Positions 29,401 to 42,000 of a DNA stretch of 64,000 nt are shown here, piece after piece; position 1 is the first letter of the stretch; each line of letters begins with the position of its first letter. Under the pieces are notes generated by a model. It was not told the origin of the DNA and searched no databases. It worked only from the letters and a program-made list of their open reading frames with translations. This stretch comes from Mytilus californianus (lineage: Eukaryota). The translations under genes were made by a program, and so were the position numbers. Location: NCBI RefSeq assembly GCF_021869535.1, contig NW_026262734.1, forward strand, positions 23,746,001 to 23,810,000, in the 5' to 3' direction.

Positions 29401-32400
29401 ATGTATTAATGGTAAATTATAAAGTCAGGGATTTCGTTACCACAAATTACTTAAAACTTTTAGTAAATTATTTCAAACTGGATAGCACATCCTCATTTTT
29501 ACGGAGATGTTGTTTTACCAAGCCCAGAAATTTAGAAACGATCCGGGTAAACTTATCGATCCTTCAAATAAACTTATCCTAAAAGGTTACCAATTCAACA
29601 CTGAAATTAGATCTTTGAATATTACTTTTATTGGTATTAATATTGTTTTTGTTATCAGCAAATTAAAATCAAACTAAATATTATTGTTATATACAAATAT
29701 GCACATTTTGGTTGTTGTTTGTTGCTGTGTTATATATTTGTTTTTCGTTCTTTATTTTGTACATACATTATGCCGTCTTCATGTTTGAATTTTACATTTG
29801 TCATTTCTGGGCCTTTTATAGCTGACTACGCGGTATGGGCTTTGCTCATTGTTGAAGGCTGTACGGTAACCTATAGTTGTTAATTTCTGAATCATTCGGT
29901 CTCTTTTGGAGTTGTCTTATTAGCAATCATACCACATCTTCTTTTTATATTAAGCCAGCAATTTCCAACATAATTAATATTTACAAGGGGCATTACTCTT
30001 TTAAAAATATTAGATAGGCACTGATTTTTTAATTGTTCAAGACATTGCTGATATAACTATGATATAAATTCGATAAAAATCTGGCAAAAATTGTACATGT
30101 GATAGAGCTTACAAGACTGGACAGACAGACGGATGGACGCACAGTATACAATTTCTATGTCCCTTCAACGCCAAAAATAGAATAAGGATCTCTAGATCTA
30201 AGACGTTTATTTTGGTTCATTCGTGCTTTAGCTAGGTCTCTGTGTCACTATCATATACACTAAATCTCCTTTAATTCATTCTAATTTGATACATTGAGGC
30301 TTATTGAAAAAATTTAGGAGCATAAATTCATTGTCATGTACTACTGTTCTAGAATCATACGAGATTTTGACATAAATGTTTGAGCAATGAAAAATCACAA
30401 CTTCTCTTCAGTATTTCTAGTTGCCCTCCAATTTTTTTTATCAGAATATGGTCTGAGGACACGGTTATCATCCTTTGATATTTGTTGTCTACAAAAGAGG
30501 GACGAAAGATACCAGAGGGACAGTCAAACTCATAGATCGAAAACAAACTTGGCTGTACCTGTAGAAAACTTATTAAAAATGGTATTTCACATCCTAAATT
30601 TTACGGTAATATTGTACTTAAAGCGCGGAAATCACTATGTGATCGGTGTAAACTCATCGAACCTTTAAACAAACTTATTAGTAAGGGTTATCGTACCAAT
30701 GTTGTAATTAGATCTCTGAATATAGTTTACATTGGCACTAATAACGATTTTGTCATTAGCAAATTAAAACATAACTAAATTTGTATTTTCTTTTCAAACG
30801 GGATGTATAGAGACACACACACGTTCATTTTTATCTATAAAGAAGTCACTCCTAACTATCCTACTACCTGTTGATACATTTATTTTTGGCATTGCACAAG
30901 TCATGTCTTCTTTGACTGTTCATGACGTTAAAATACTAAATCCCTGGGATGTGTTTTAGTTGATTTCAGTCTCTGATGCATGATTTTTTATTATTAATTG
31001 TTTTGGCTTTTAACTAGCTGTCAGTAACTGCGAGTACTCTCAAATCGTACTTTCTTTTTAATTTGACCTGTTGATAATATTTGTAATGATCTTGTCTATA
31101 TACCAGCTTTGATTATTTGGTATTACTACAAATTTTCACTTCTTCGTACTATGAACATCAATATTATTTCATTTCTCCTTTAATACTGTTCTTGCACCTG
31201 TACAGGAAGTTTTATCTAGCACTTATTGTATAGTTTTATTGTTGATATTCACCCCATATGTACCAAGTGTTAGATTAGTTTTATTGATATTAAAGAAATT
31301 TCTTGGTATTCCAAAACGGAAGATTTTATACACACAGAAGAAGAAGTAAACTTAACAACAAAATTATTTTCATTTACCTGTGTATAATATGACGCAGGTT
31401 TTTTCAAAAGTGATTATTTTCTTATTTTCTTTACTTTGTTTAAACCTGTTTATTTACTTTTGACCTTAATTATTTATCCCTTTATATTTTTATTAACTAT
31501 GTATTTGCATTCAGGTGTCACAGATCAAATTTATTCGTTCATTGTGTGTTAATTTACGTTTTTTGATTGAGTTAAGCCTTCCAATTGATATTTTATAGTG
31601 TGTCTTTCTATGTTGTGATGTTATACTATTGTTTCAGAAAAGGGAGAAGGTTTGGTACCATTAAAATGTTTAATCCCGCTGCAAATGTTTGCACCTGTCC
31701 TAAGTCAGGAATCTGATATACAGTAGTTGTCGTCTGTTTATGTAGTTCATACGTGTTTTATATAGATTAGACCGTTGGTTTTCCCGTTTGAATGGTTTTA
31801 CACTGGTAATTTTTGGGGCCCTTTATAGCTTGCTGTTCGGTGTGAGCCAATGCTCCGTGTTGAAGGCAGTACCTTGACCGATAATGGTTTACTTTTATAA
31901 ATTGTTACTTGGATGGAGAGTTGTCTCATTGGCTCTCATACCACATCTTCCTATATCTATTGACAACGCCATGGCCAAAAATAAAAAGACAAACAGACAA
32001 ATAATAGTACAGATGACACAACAAAGAAAACTAAAGACTTAGCAACACGAACCTCACCAAAAACTGGGGGTGATCTCAGGTGCTCCGGAAGGGTAAGCAG
32101 ATCCTGCTGAATATAGCCTTAGTGAGGACAGTGTATAACTTGAAATTTTTTTCCATACACCTTCCAAATTTATTTGTTTTTATTTTATTATTAAAATATT
32201 AAGATAAGAAGGGGAATGAAATTACATTTAAAAGATGTGGGTCATGAATTTTAAGGTAAATAAATGGGGAATGTGTCCATGGGACACAGATGATGCCCCC
32301 GCTTGCATGTAACTTTATAAAGGAACATAACTCAAGAACTGTAAAAGTGACACTACCCAAATTTGTACTTGACCTGAGTTTTGTGGTAATAAGCATTGCT

Positions 32401-35400
32401 TATAAGTTTCATAACATTTAGATGGGGCAAAATTCAGATAGAGAACGGAAACGAATATTTCAGCAATTTTCCATTTGCAAAGGGGCATAACTCTAGAACG
32501 GTAAAAGTGATGCCACCAAAATTCAATCTTGATCTGTGTTTTGTAATAATAAGCATTGTTTATAAGTTTCATAACATTTGGTTGAGGCAACTTAAGTTAG
32601 AGAATGGAAACCAATTTTGGGACGTTCGGATGGACTTACGTACAGACGGACAAGGGGGCATAAAAAGTTATTTGGTCATGTTGGTCATGTTGAAAAAGGT
32701 AAAAATTACAATACAGTGTATGTCAGAAGCTTCCAAACCGAACTACAGATCCCCTTAACATAAAATTGTCCATATTTTGAGTTAAGGCTGTTAAATTTTC
32801 TATAATTTTCATATAATTTGTCCCAAAAGTAGTACACTACACTGAAGAAATTTTTTTGAGATGGAGCAGGTGTGATTTTTGTAATTTGTGTTTATTATCT
32901 AAAAGAAATGAACTGCAAAATAACTGTGTTCTCTGGCCAGACCAAATAACAAAAGGAAAAAAGTTTTGCTTATTGAATATTTTTTATTATCAAAAAATGA
33001 AAATCTTGTCACTCATAAAAAGGGAGATAATCTGTAAGCATAATTATGTTTTTTAATCTTACTTTTTCCACCTCTCTCAACATCTTCTCTGTTATCTAAC
33101 ATTGTCACAGAATAACATCTGTATGTCTGTTTAAATCCACCAAGACCTCCACCCAGTTCAGGCCCAAATATGTTACCTCCAAATCTACCAAACTAGAAAA
33201 TAAAAAAATTATAAGAATTGTCTGTTGATAATGTACATGTAAATTTATGAGAACTTTATAACATTATCATACATTATAATATCACCATCTATCATACATG
33301 TATATGTATTATTGTCAAATTAATGAAAAGTAATTACCATATTACTCATGGTCTTGATTTTTTTACATTTTGCTGTGGTTTCATTTTCTGTTAGCCAAAT
33401 TTTGATTCAGTTTCTCTCTGGATTTGATTGATATTTTTACATGCATTTCACTCTATCTGTCATGTCTGTCTACATACACCAATCTAGAGTTTTTTTTTAT
33501 GAATGCAGCCCTCAAAGTAGGTTCAAAGACCAGGTTGCCTCTTGGCCACCAGATGTAAAATTTCATTGGCCAATTCAAAATTTTAGTGGAAAAGAAATAA
33601 TTTTCAGGTCGCATAAGAAATTTGTTATGAAAGTCTAGTCAGTAGAGCTAATAAAGACTAGTAAAAAAAGCATATCAATAATTTTTCTATTATATAGAAT
33701 AGTAGACATACATGACATAAAATAAGGTAGTCTTAGTTCAAAGCAAATATTGCTTTTAGTTAACCCTTGTATATCTTTTGTTCTGATCTTTTTTACTATA
33801 CTAGTTAAATCAACATTGATTAAAGAAACACAATGACCATGATGACCAAACCATGACTAAGTTAACAAAAAAGTAAATATTCATTGAGGTTTGATAATAA
33901 ATTTTAATAATGGAACAAGGCAACCACAGTGAGAATTCTAATTTGATTCTTGTTCATCCAATTCCTCAAAATCATCTGTAGTTGGCCAGCTTGAATAAGC
34001 CAATTTAAGCACTTTTCCCTCCTTTGAGAACCATACATCAGTGTCTTTATGTGGCTCATATTCATCAATATCTAGCCCTTCCCCACTAATCCTGATCAAA
34101 TGTTCAAGAGTTCCAATTGGCCAGCTAAATCAGGAAGGCCCTGGCAAAATTTGCAGCTCATTTTATTTTCAGATTCATTATAGATCAACCAGGAGAACTC
34201 TTTTAGCCAGCTGTTTTGGAATTTTCTTATAAATTTTCCAGTACCACTTGAAGTTGTTGCCGCAATTTACGCTTAATCGTAACATTAGAAGATGTACTTC
34301 GCTCTTCAGAAGCTGGAGTTTCTATAGAGGGACTCTCCGCCCCTTCTTTTTGTTTCTTAGCTAGTGAAACATCATTGTTTTGGGTAGTTGTTTTGAAAAA
34401 TCCGGGCAGCAACATCTGTTTGGCTGCCATGATGTATTGGCCCCGAAAACACTTCATCAGACGCTTGAATTCCCAGTTAAGTTAAGCACTTTAAAGACCC
34501 CGTTAAGATTAAAAATGCTTGAAATCATATTCAAGATTTAGCATACATTCAAGCGCTCGTATGACTGTGAATAAAACTTAATAAAATACGACTGGAGGCA
34601 GGTTGATTATCCTGAATTTTACGGTCGCCAGGTCCAAATAGTAGCAGTTGCCTAATGGCAACCAACAATGAAATTAAGGTCACCTGGAGGCTTTATAGGT
34701 CGCCCAGACGACTGTTTTAATACGCTTATTTGAGGGCTGGAATGAGTTTCACCGGTTGACCTGGGGTCAATCGGCATAAACGATGTCATCATACAATCAG
34801 TTCTTACTGTGACATAATAACAAGAATTGTGACATCTGGAAATTCAGGAAAGTGCACGAATCTGAAAGTCTTCTATTGTATCTGACATCATATCAAATTT
34901 TCTGTAACATTAAAAATTCTTTTGTATAGTTAGATTGACAAAATGTTGGAATCAATGTGTCTACTTTTTTCCTATTTTAATATGATTAAAGGTTTTTCTA
35001 CAATACAGTGTATATTGATAATCAGGAAGTGAAGACATATGAAACAACAGTTAAATTTTGTAACCATAAAGAAAAACTCATGTACAACAATGTACAAAGG
35101 CATGATGATTACAAAATCACTGATGCGGTCTCAAAGAAAATCAGATTAATAGAAAGAAAGGGAAAATGTTTTAACAGGAAACAAATAAGTTGACTATCAA
35201 TATTGTATTCGATAGTAAGAACTATCTAACGATACTTGAGTACTCGAGTACTTGTTGACATCCCATTATGGAGGCTAATTTCATCTGTCAAAAAAGATTT
35301 CAGTGATAAAAATTACCGTACTCTTGATGTGAATTGCTAAGACTTTGTAATGACAACTATATGACTCTTAACTAGTAAATAAAGTGTCACACCTGTGTGA

Positions 35401-35686
35401 ACTGATCACAAACTTAAATATGTATGCCAACAACACAAGGAACAGTATACCTAAATCTCTTGCAGCTTCTGACACCATTTTATCAGAGATTTTGTAGGGT
35501 TTAATTACAGATGTTAAGTAAGATGTGCATATAGATTATTAGTGCTTAGAGTAAAACCACAGCACTTGACAATAATTTTAAATAAATCACTGGTTTAAAT
35601 TATTTAGATTTATACTTAAATACATGAATCAACTGTCATTTCTGAACTGTCAACTTATGTATTTAATTTGATGTTTTAATTACCAT
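14403..35686 (-). CDS. UFD1: Ubiquitin fusion degradation protein 1 (p97/VCP cofactor), complete 12-exon gene, 918 nt CDS, 305 aa
   Basis: Exons in transcription order: 35684-35686 (ATG only), 33063-33192, 29135-29167, 28807-28928, 28320-28450, 26433-26505, 24532-24600, 23453-23530, 19074-19115, 17580-17668, 15594-15672, 14403-14471 (TGA). All introns are GT-AG with consistent phases. Hallmark motifs: [76 protein letters not shown]. Confidence 0.97.
14535..14850. repeat. Dispersed repeat (second copy at about 31660-31960; fragments at about 15030, 29800, 46120, 53000)
   Basis: TTTAATCCCGCTGCAAATGTTTGCACCTGTCCTAAGTCAGG...CTCATACCACATCTTCCTATATCTA shared almost exactly between copies. Confidence 0.9.
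15594..15672 (-). CDS. UFD1: UFD1 exon 11 ([27 protein letters not shown])
   Basis: AG/GT flanks, matches the GIPNY...ITFIR motif. Confidence 0.92.
16408..16569. repeat. Long palindrome with arms of about 63 bp
   Basis: GAAATAATTCATGGCAGC...GGGCATTTATATTCG / CGAATATAAATGCCC...GCTGCCATGAATTATTTC. Confidence 0.92.
17580..17668 (-). CDS. UFD1: UFD1 exon 10 ([29 protein letters not shown])
   Basis: 89 nt, AG/GT flanks, SHP-box motif. Confidence 0.95.
17931..18911 (+). mobile_element. pearl/Helentron-like non-autonomous element with about 160-bp internal tandem repeats (about 5)
   Basis: AAGGG(G)CATAACT motif recurs about every 160 bp (18089-18740), followed by a GACGGACG microsatellite. Confidence 0.75.
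19074..19115 (-). CDS. UFD1: UFD1 exon 9 ([14 protein letters not shown])
   Basis: 42 nt, strong polypyrimidine-CAG acceptor and GTAGGT donor, phase 0/0; poorly conserved linker. Confidence 0.75.
23453..23530 (-). CDS. UFD1: UFD1 exon 8 ([26 protein letters not shown])
   Basis: VDFxPPxGYxEP motif, GTATGT donor; an alternative in-frame donor lies 12 nt earlier. Confidence 0.9.
24532..24600 (-). CDS. UFD1: UFD1 exon 7 ([23 protein letters not shown])
   Basis: 69 nt, AG/GTAAGT flanks, conserved ETKP...IIECDM. Confidence 0.96.
24637..25698 (+). mobile_element. pearl/Helentron-like non-autonomous element
   Basis: Starts AACTAGAGGCTCTAAAGAGCCTGTGTCACTCACC (hairpin), internal AAGGGCAATAACTC repeats, GACGACG microsatellite; same family as 45001-46044. 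Confidence 0.8.
26433..26505 (-). CDS. UFD1: UFD1 exon 6 ([25 protein letters not shown])
   Basis: 73 nt, AG/GTAAGT flanks. Confidence 0.96.
27233..27409. mobile_element. Tc1/pogo-like MITE
   Basis: TIR CAGTAAAACCTGTCTAAAC / GTTTAGACAGGTTTCATTG, flanked by TA. Confidence 0.8.
28100..28203 (-). mobile_element. tRNA-derived SINE head (paralogous copy at about 1705-1790)
   Basis: Minus strand AGTTGCCAAGTGGTCTAA...GAGTTCAAACC, with Pol III A/B boxes but no acceptor stem. Confidence 0.55.
28320..28450 (-). CDS. UFD1: UFD1 exon 5 ([10 protein letters not shown]...DITNPKA)
   Basis: 131 nt, lies inside track ORF 28250-28450. Confidence 0.97.
28807..28928 (-). CDS. UFD1: UFD1 exon 4 ([14 protein letters not shown]...[19 protein letters not shown])
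   Basis: 122 nt, AG/GTAAGT flanks. Confidence 0.97.
29135..29167 (-). CDS. UFD1: UFD1 exon 3 ([10 protein letters not shown])
   Basis: 33 nt, AG/GTAAGT flanks. Confidence 0.96.
32262..32666 (+). mobile_element. pearl/Helentron-like short element present only in the UFD1 copy
   Basis: TGTGTCCATGGGACACA hairpin, GGAC microsatellite, ends GGGGGCATAAAAA; the empty site is seen at about 3540 in the paralog. Confidence 0.8.
33063..33192 (-). CDS. UFD1: UFD1 exon 2 ([10 protein letters not shown]...[21 protein letters not shown])
   Basis: 130 nt, TAG acceptor, GTAAGA donor. Confidence 0.95.
33506..34739. mobile_element. Non-autonomous TIR element with 5-bp TSD (hAT5-like)
   Basis: TIR CAGCCCTCAAA / TTTGAGGGCTG; GAATG on both sides. 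Confidence 0.85.
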
Positions 35687-36019
35687 TTCTGTATTGTTTT
35701 GTTTCCTGTGGATTTAACCGTGTAATATTCTATATTAAACAAAATGACTCAGTAGGAACTAAATCGAAAGTAAATAACCAGTGTGAATTATATTGTCATT
35801 AATCCTGAGTTTTTTCTCGTCTTTAAAAACGCAAAATTGATTCAGCTTTTGTGGCTAAGAATAGACTTTTCTTAACTATGTTATGATTGGCCAATTTGTA
35901 CTTTCGGTTTGAAAATTCTACCAACGAAAGATATTGTTTCAAATGACAACAATTTGCCTTACTTCCGGTGTAAACCCCCGCCACAATCTAAAATGTGAAA
36001 AATTACTTTACTGTTGAAA
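35687..36019. promoter_or_regulatory. Shared bidirectional promoter and 5'UTR region of UFD1 and CDC45
   Basis: 333 bp between divergent ATGs. Contains ATTGGCCAAT (back-to-back CCAAT, 35886-35895), TTTGAA (CHR-like, 35908-35913), ACTTCCGG (ETS/GABP-like, 35961-35968) and CCCGCC (about 35977-35982). Confidence 0.8.
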
Positions 36020-36070
36020 ATGTTTATAAAAGACCTAAGAAAGGGTTTTTATGACGAGATCTTACATCAG
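36020..36070 (+). CDS. CDC45: CDC45 exon 1 (MFIKDLRKGFYDEILHQ)
   Basis: 51 nt, GTAGAC donor. Confidence 0.93.
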
Positions 36071-39000
36071 GTAGACAAGACACTAAATATTAAAACTCAA
36101 TCATTCAAATTTAAATCGTTTTCTGTTGAAATACCTAGTAATGGCTGTCAAATCAGAAAAAAAATATTGCCCCCCCCCCCCCCCCCACGACAATATTTCA
36201 TGACTTTGTATTAGTAAATTTTGTCCCCTTCAATGAAATAATGTCGAGTTGGAATAATTTCCATGTGGAATTTTGTCCATATGCAATCAATATTTCATAG
36301 ATTATCCTCGATGATTGGAAGTTCGTTACCCTAACTTGAAACGGAAGAAAAAAATCACAACCTTGGAGCAAATATTATCAACTGTAGATGTAAATATTCT
36401 TTACTTATTTGTAAACAGTCTGATACATTTAATTGATGAATAGCTTCAAAAACATGGTCAATCTTTCTATGTTTCATGTTGTGACCCGATTCCGTAAAAT
36501 AAGTAGACTGACTTGTAAGTTCGTGACCTTTGGCGGTGGCTTTTGCGCATGTGCAACAATATATAGGTCAGGCCTATTGTATTATGTATTTGAACATTAC
36601 AGAATTAATTTGAGATCAAATAACAAATGAATATCTCGAGAGAGAAAAAAAAGAGAAATTGTGACATACTAACTTTTTATTCTCCCTACAAAGATTATTC
36701 TAATTTTTACAAGTGACTTTCAATGGTCAATTGGAAAGTCAAGAATTAAACACGTTAAAGATAACTATAATGATGTCACAATGTCATTAATGCATCAAAT
36801 TATTTTTTCATGCAATTTGCATTCAATGGCATAGGATTAAATTACTTTTACGAGCCAATATTCGGCAGGTTTTGTTTTCATCAAAATATATCAAATCATT
36901 TTCTGATCTTAAAAAATCCGCTCACATACAGACTTTAAAAAATAATACTCTTGGCCTTAAAAAAGGGAATAAGAGGCCGAATAACCTAAAAATAGATGAT
37001 GACTCATTGTTGAGATGTCAATAACATTGCTGAAAGGATTTTCCCAAGAATTCAAGGAAATTCTAGGAGAGGAATAAAACAGTAGTAGTGAAAATAGACG
37101 TTTAAACAAATAATATGCTAGAACATACACAACTTCTCTTTTTCAAGCCGATATTAGTGAAAATGCATTGAAAAATATTCGGTTAAGTTTTTTGAAGTAG
37201 CATGTTGCGGATGATAAATACTTTTGCATGACGTCACGAATAAAGTGGAAATCCCCAAATGTCACGAACTTGCAAGCATAACGAACTTGCAATCATCGAC
37301 AATAATACTATTGTAATATTAATAAACTGTTATCACAGATATATGTCTCGCTTTTTTGTAATTTTGATTATGCAAATGTTGAAATTAAAATGGTAATACT
37401 TAACAATTTAGGCTAATATTCAAAGTCAATGAACCATGACTGAGGTACTTCTTCTTTCAGTTTCCGCACTCCATCATAATATTGATGACTGTGCGACATG
37501 GCTAAACCATCTCCTGCAAAGGAGATGCGCCAATGCTAATACAACTGCATACCAAATATCATTGACTTATTATAAGTTGTTCCCTTTAAACAAACATAAA
37601 CACAAACATTAACTTGTAAACTATGTAATAGTTTCAAAGTCAATGAACCATAATTAGGGGTGGAGCTATCCCACAATGGTGGTAAGTCGTGCACTTAAGG
37701 ATATTTTTTATTTTATTTTTCTGTAGACTTAGCTTTATTTTTTTATTACTGTGTGTTGTCAAGCTTGGTTACAGTCTTCATGCTTAACCACAAGTCCTAC
37801 GGCATTGGCTTGTAAAATTGCTTTCAGGCTTGTAAAATTCTTCTCTATGGTCAGAATATCGATCTCTATATTGAACCAAAAATTTTTTTATGAAAAATAT
37901 ATGTATATTGTTTTTTTATTAACCTACTCTATATTCCTGAACAAAAATATGGCATGATTTTTGTTTATTTCCCAAAGTTTTTCTTTCAATTTGGATGGGG
38001 TTTTTTTTCGCGGGAAAATCGCGTAAGACGTAAGGTGCTTGCCATTTTGAAATTCTTAAAAAATACGATTTGCTTGGCCTGTTTGGTCTGCCATTAAGAT
38101 TGATGACGCTTAATGGAATGTAAACAAAGCAATGGAGGCCAGAAGAGGGATTTTCTGAAGCTCTGGAATGTGTTTAGGCATTCGGAAGTCAGGTTTGAAA
38201 CGGCCATTAGAAAATTGGCATTTTTGTACAATACTTTAGAATAACAATGAAAACATATCTTTAGAAATTTTTTTTTATCTAGAAGAGCAAAGAACAAATT
38301 CCGAACAAACCAACATGATGACCGATTATAGACTACGGTAGGATATATAATCTCCATGGAAACGATACAACAGTCAGAGCTCAGACATAAAAAGTCTTAA
38401 ATCTGCTTTTGACTCATAGAGGTCTAAATTTGAAGGTTTCAAGAATTGTCTCCCTTTAATTTAAGACAAATTATGACTTCAATAAGTCAATTAGTGTTAA
38501 GCAAGAAATATTTGACCTGAATTAAAGAGTTGCAAATATTGACTCCTACAAGTCAATTAGTTACCAAAATTGGCCAACTTCAAGACCCATGCATATCTAT
38601 AAAAAGGTGATGCATCTACATGAAATTATGACAACATTGAAAGACAATGCTTTGTCTTCTAAGGAAAAATATGCATGAGAGTCTAAAAAATTTGAGATAA
38701 TGTTTATTTACTTTACAATGCAACCATCTGTAATCACACAAAATGAGGAAAATAATCTATGTTAAGTAAAAATGTGCAATTAGATAATTAAATATAGATA
38801 GCTCAGGTCATTGTGAACTCTCACACAGGTTTATGATCTCATAGGTGGTGCACTTTGGCCACTAATCAAAATTAAGTCTTTTCACAAACATAAATTGACC
38901 TAAACAAGTCTGTCATTTTCTGACTTAAATAAGTCTGAAAATGAAAGTACATTTTTATAATAAATACATTTTTGGACTTATGTAAGTCAAAAATAAAAAT

Positions 39001-42000
39001 TGACTTGTTTATGTCTTAGCTCTGACTGTACAAATGCCAATAAATTTGCATACCAAATATCATTAACTTAACAGCAGTTCATCTTAAACTGATCTTATCA
39101 CAAACTATTACATGTAAACATAAGCAAAAGTTTCAAAGTCAATAGGCAATGACTGAGGGGATGGGGCCAAATATTCTCCATTGAAATGAGATGTGCTAAT
39201 GCTTATACAACTGAAAACCAATTAACATTGGCCTACCACTAATGGTTCCCCTTGAACTGACCTAATCACAAACTAATACATGTTAACTAAGCAAAATTTT
39301 CATAGTCAATAGACCATGACTAAGGGGGCTGAGCCAGGTAATCTCCATGGAAATGAGATATGCCAAAGCTTATACAACTGCATACCAAATATCATTGACC
39401 TACCACTAATGGTTCCTCATAAACTCACCTAATCACAAACTAATACATGTAAACTAAGCAAAAGTTACAAAGTCAATAGACCATGACTGAGGGGGCAGGG
39501 CCAAATAATATCCATGGAAATGAGATGTGCCAATGCTAATACAACTGTATACCAAATATCATTGACCTACCACTAATGGTTCCCCATAAACTGACCTAAT
39601 CACAAACTAATACATGTAAAATAAGCAAAAGTTTGAAAGTATATGATTGACCTACAACTTGTGGTTCACCACAAACTAGACCTAATCACAAACTTATACA
39701 TTGTTGACGCCGCCGCCGCAGTAAACAGCATACCTATGTCTCGCTTTTTGACTCCGTCATGCGAGACAAAAATCGTTTTCTGATGAAATACCTTACATGT
39801 AATGGCTGTCAATTCAGAAAAAAAACTGAATGTCCTATCAAATATTGCCCCCCCCCCCTCCTTGACATATGCAGACAATATTTCATAGATTAATACTAGT
39901 ATAATACTAATAGTATGAAATTGTGTCTTGTTAAAGAGATGTTATCAAAGGTTATATATTATTTTATACTGAGACAATATTTCATAGATGGATTGTCATG
40001 ATATTTGGTCTCATGAAGGGGAGGTTATTAACATTTAATATTTTGGATAATGATATCATTAAAGTGTTTTATTTGATTGATAATAACAAACAAACCTGCA
40101 TAACTAATTTATGCAGCAATTTATGGTAATACACATACCTTTTATGAAAAATATTTTTTTTTAAATTCAAGAAACGCTCACAATTTCATGGCAGAGGATT
40201 TCTCAGGGAAGACATACATTCAATTAGATTCAGAAATATTTTCATGGACAGTATTTCACAATGAAATTTAAATATTGTCATGGACAGAATTTCACAGTCA
40301 AATATTGAATGGACATTATTTCAAAGTGAAATACTGTCCAGAAGGAGGTGACAAATTTTCATGGACAAGGACCCTATTTCATAATGAATATTGTCCTGGA
40401 CAGTATTTCACTGTAAAATAGTGTACATGGACAGTATTTCATGGGGGACATTTTTTTTTATTATACTTCATGTTAAAATGCCATATTTTGATAGGCTAAT
40501 ACGAGGGTGTTAATTTACTCTATTACCATTCATGCAGACGCTTGATCAAGTGTGCGCTTTATTAAATACGACTCTATCCTATGGCAAATACTCTATTTTC
40601 CTTCACGGAGACGCTTGATCAAGTGTGCGCTTTATTAAATACGACTCTATCCTATGGCAAATACTCTATTACCCTTCACGGAGACGCTTGATCAAGTGTG
40701 CGCTTTATTAAATACGGATGGTTGTTATGTACAAGACGTCATAGTTTATTACTTTGAATTTGAAATTTAATCGACAGTAATGCAGGGCTCGACAATAACG
40801 CTTGTCCGATTGTCCGGTACCAGAGGAAAAAAAGGTCGGACAAGTAAAAGCTAGATCAAGGTTGTCCGACGGGACAAGTAAAATCATTTTGTAGAAAATA
40901 AATTAAATCCAACTTTGATGAACAAAGCATTGAGTAATAAGCAAAAAACAAGAAAAGATAAAAACAAATATTAATTTGACATGTTTACCATGTTTACTTG
41001 CAATCGATAATTTAAAACTGGTTCTTTGACAGATACTTTATAACAGATAAAACACGTAATATTCTCGGAAACCAGTCTTAGATGAAATCAAGAATGCGCT
41101 TTGTAGATAAGGTAACAAGACAGTTCGGCACCGGCACGGAAACCAATCCTTCCATGTTTAATAGACAGTATGGCACCGTAGGAGACATTTCAGGACCAAG
41201 CCAACCAGTACCTCATTTCCCTACCCTTTTCTGTTGCTTATAATAAATATGATAAATTTTATTTAACAAAAATATTTTTTAAAATAAAAAATGAAGAAAT
41301 TATTGACCATAAAATTCACAGAATCGTATTTGATCATATGTAGACAAAACAATACTTGATTGCGTTTGAATAAACATTTTAATATATTAATAAAATGCTT
41401 CGCTGGGGCGCAGCTTGATACGACCGCAGAGGTCGAACCCTGAACAGTTGGGGCAAGTATGGACACAACATTCAAGCTTGATACAGCTCTAAATTTGGAT
41501 TGTTATTAAATATTTGACACAGCATAGGTTTCTGACACAGAAAGAATGTGGTCTAAGAATTTGAATTTTTTTTAATTTACCTATTATGGTCCAATGTCCA
41601 AAATCAAAATACATGGTTAGATTCAGCATATCAAAGAACCCCATATATTCAATTTTTGTTAAAATCAAACAAAAAGTTTAATTTTGGACCCCAACTTGGA
41701 CAAACTTGAAAACTGGGCCCATAATCAAAAATCTAAACACATGTTAAGATTCAGCATATCAAAGAACCCCAAGAATTCAATTTTTGCTAAAATCAAACTA
41801 AGTTTAATTTTGGACCCTTTGGACCTTAATGTAGACCAATTTAAAAAACGGGACTTAAAATTAAAAATCTAAATACACGGTTAGATTTGGAATATCAAAG
41901 AACCCCAATAATTCAATTTTTGATGAAATCAAACAAAGTTTAATTTTGGACCCTTTTGACCTCAATATGAACCAATTTGATAGCAGGGCCCACAAATAAA

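Noticed and set aside
37229-38017. CRE (TGACGTCA, 37229), kB-like site (GGAAATCCCC, 37247) and E2F-like site (GCGGGAAA, 38010) in CDC45 intron 1
   Set aside because: These are short motifs in or beside TE remnants, and TGACGTCA also occurs in repeats at about 8990, 16796 and 19836. No independent support.
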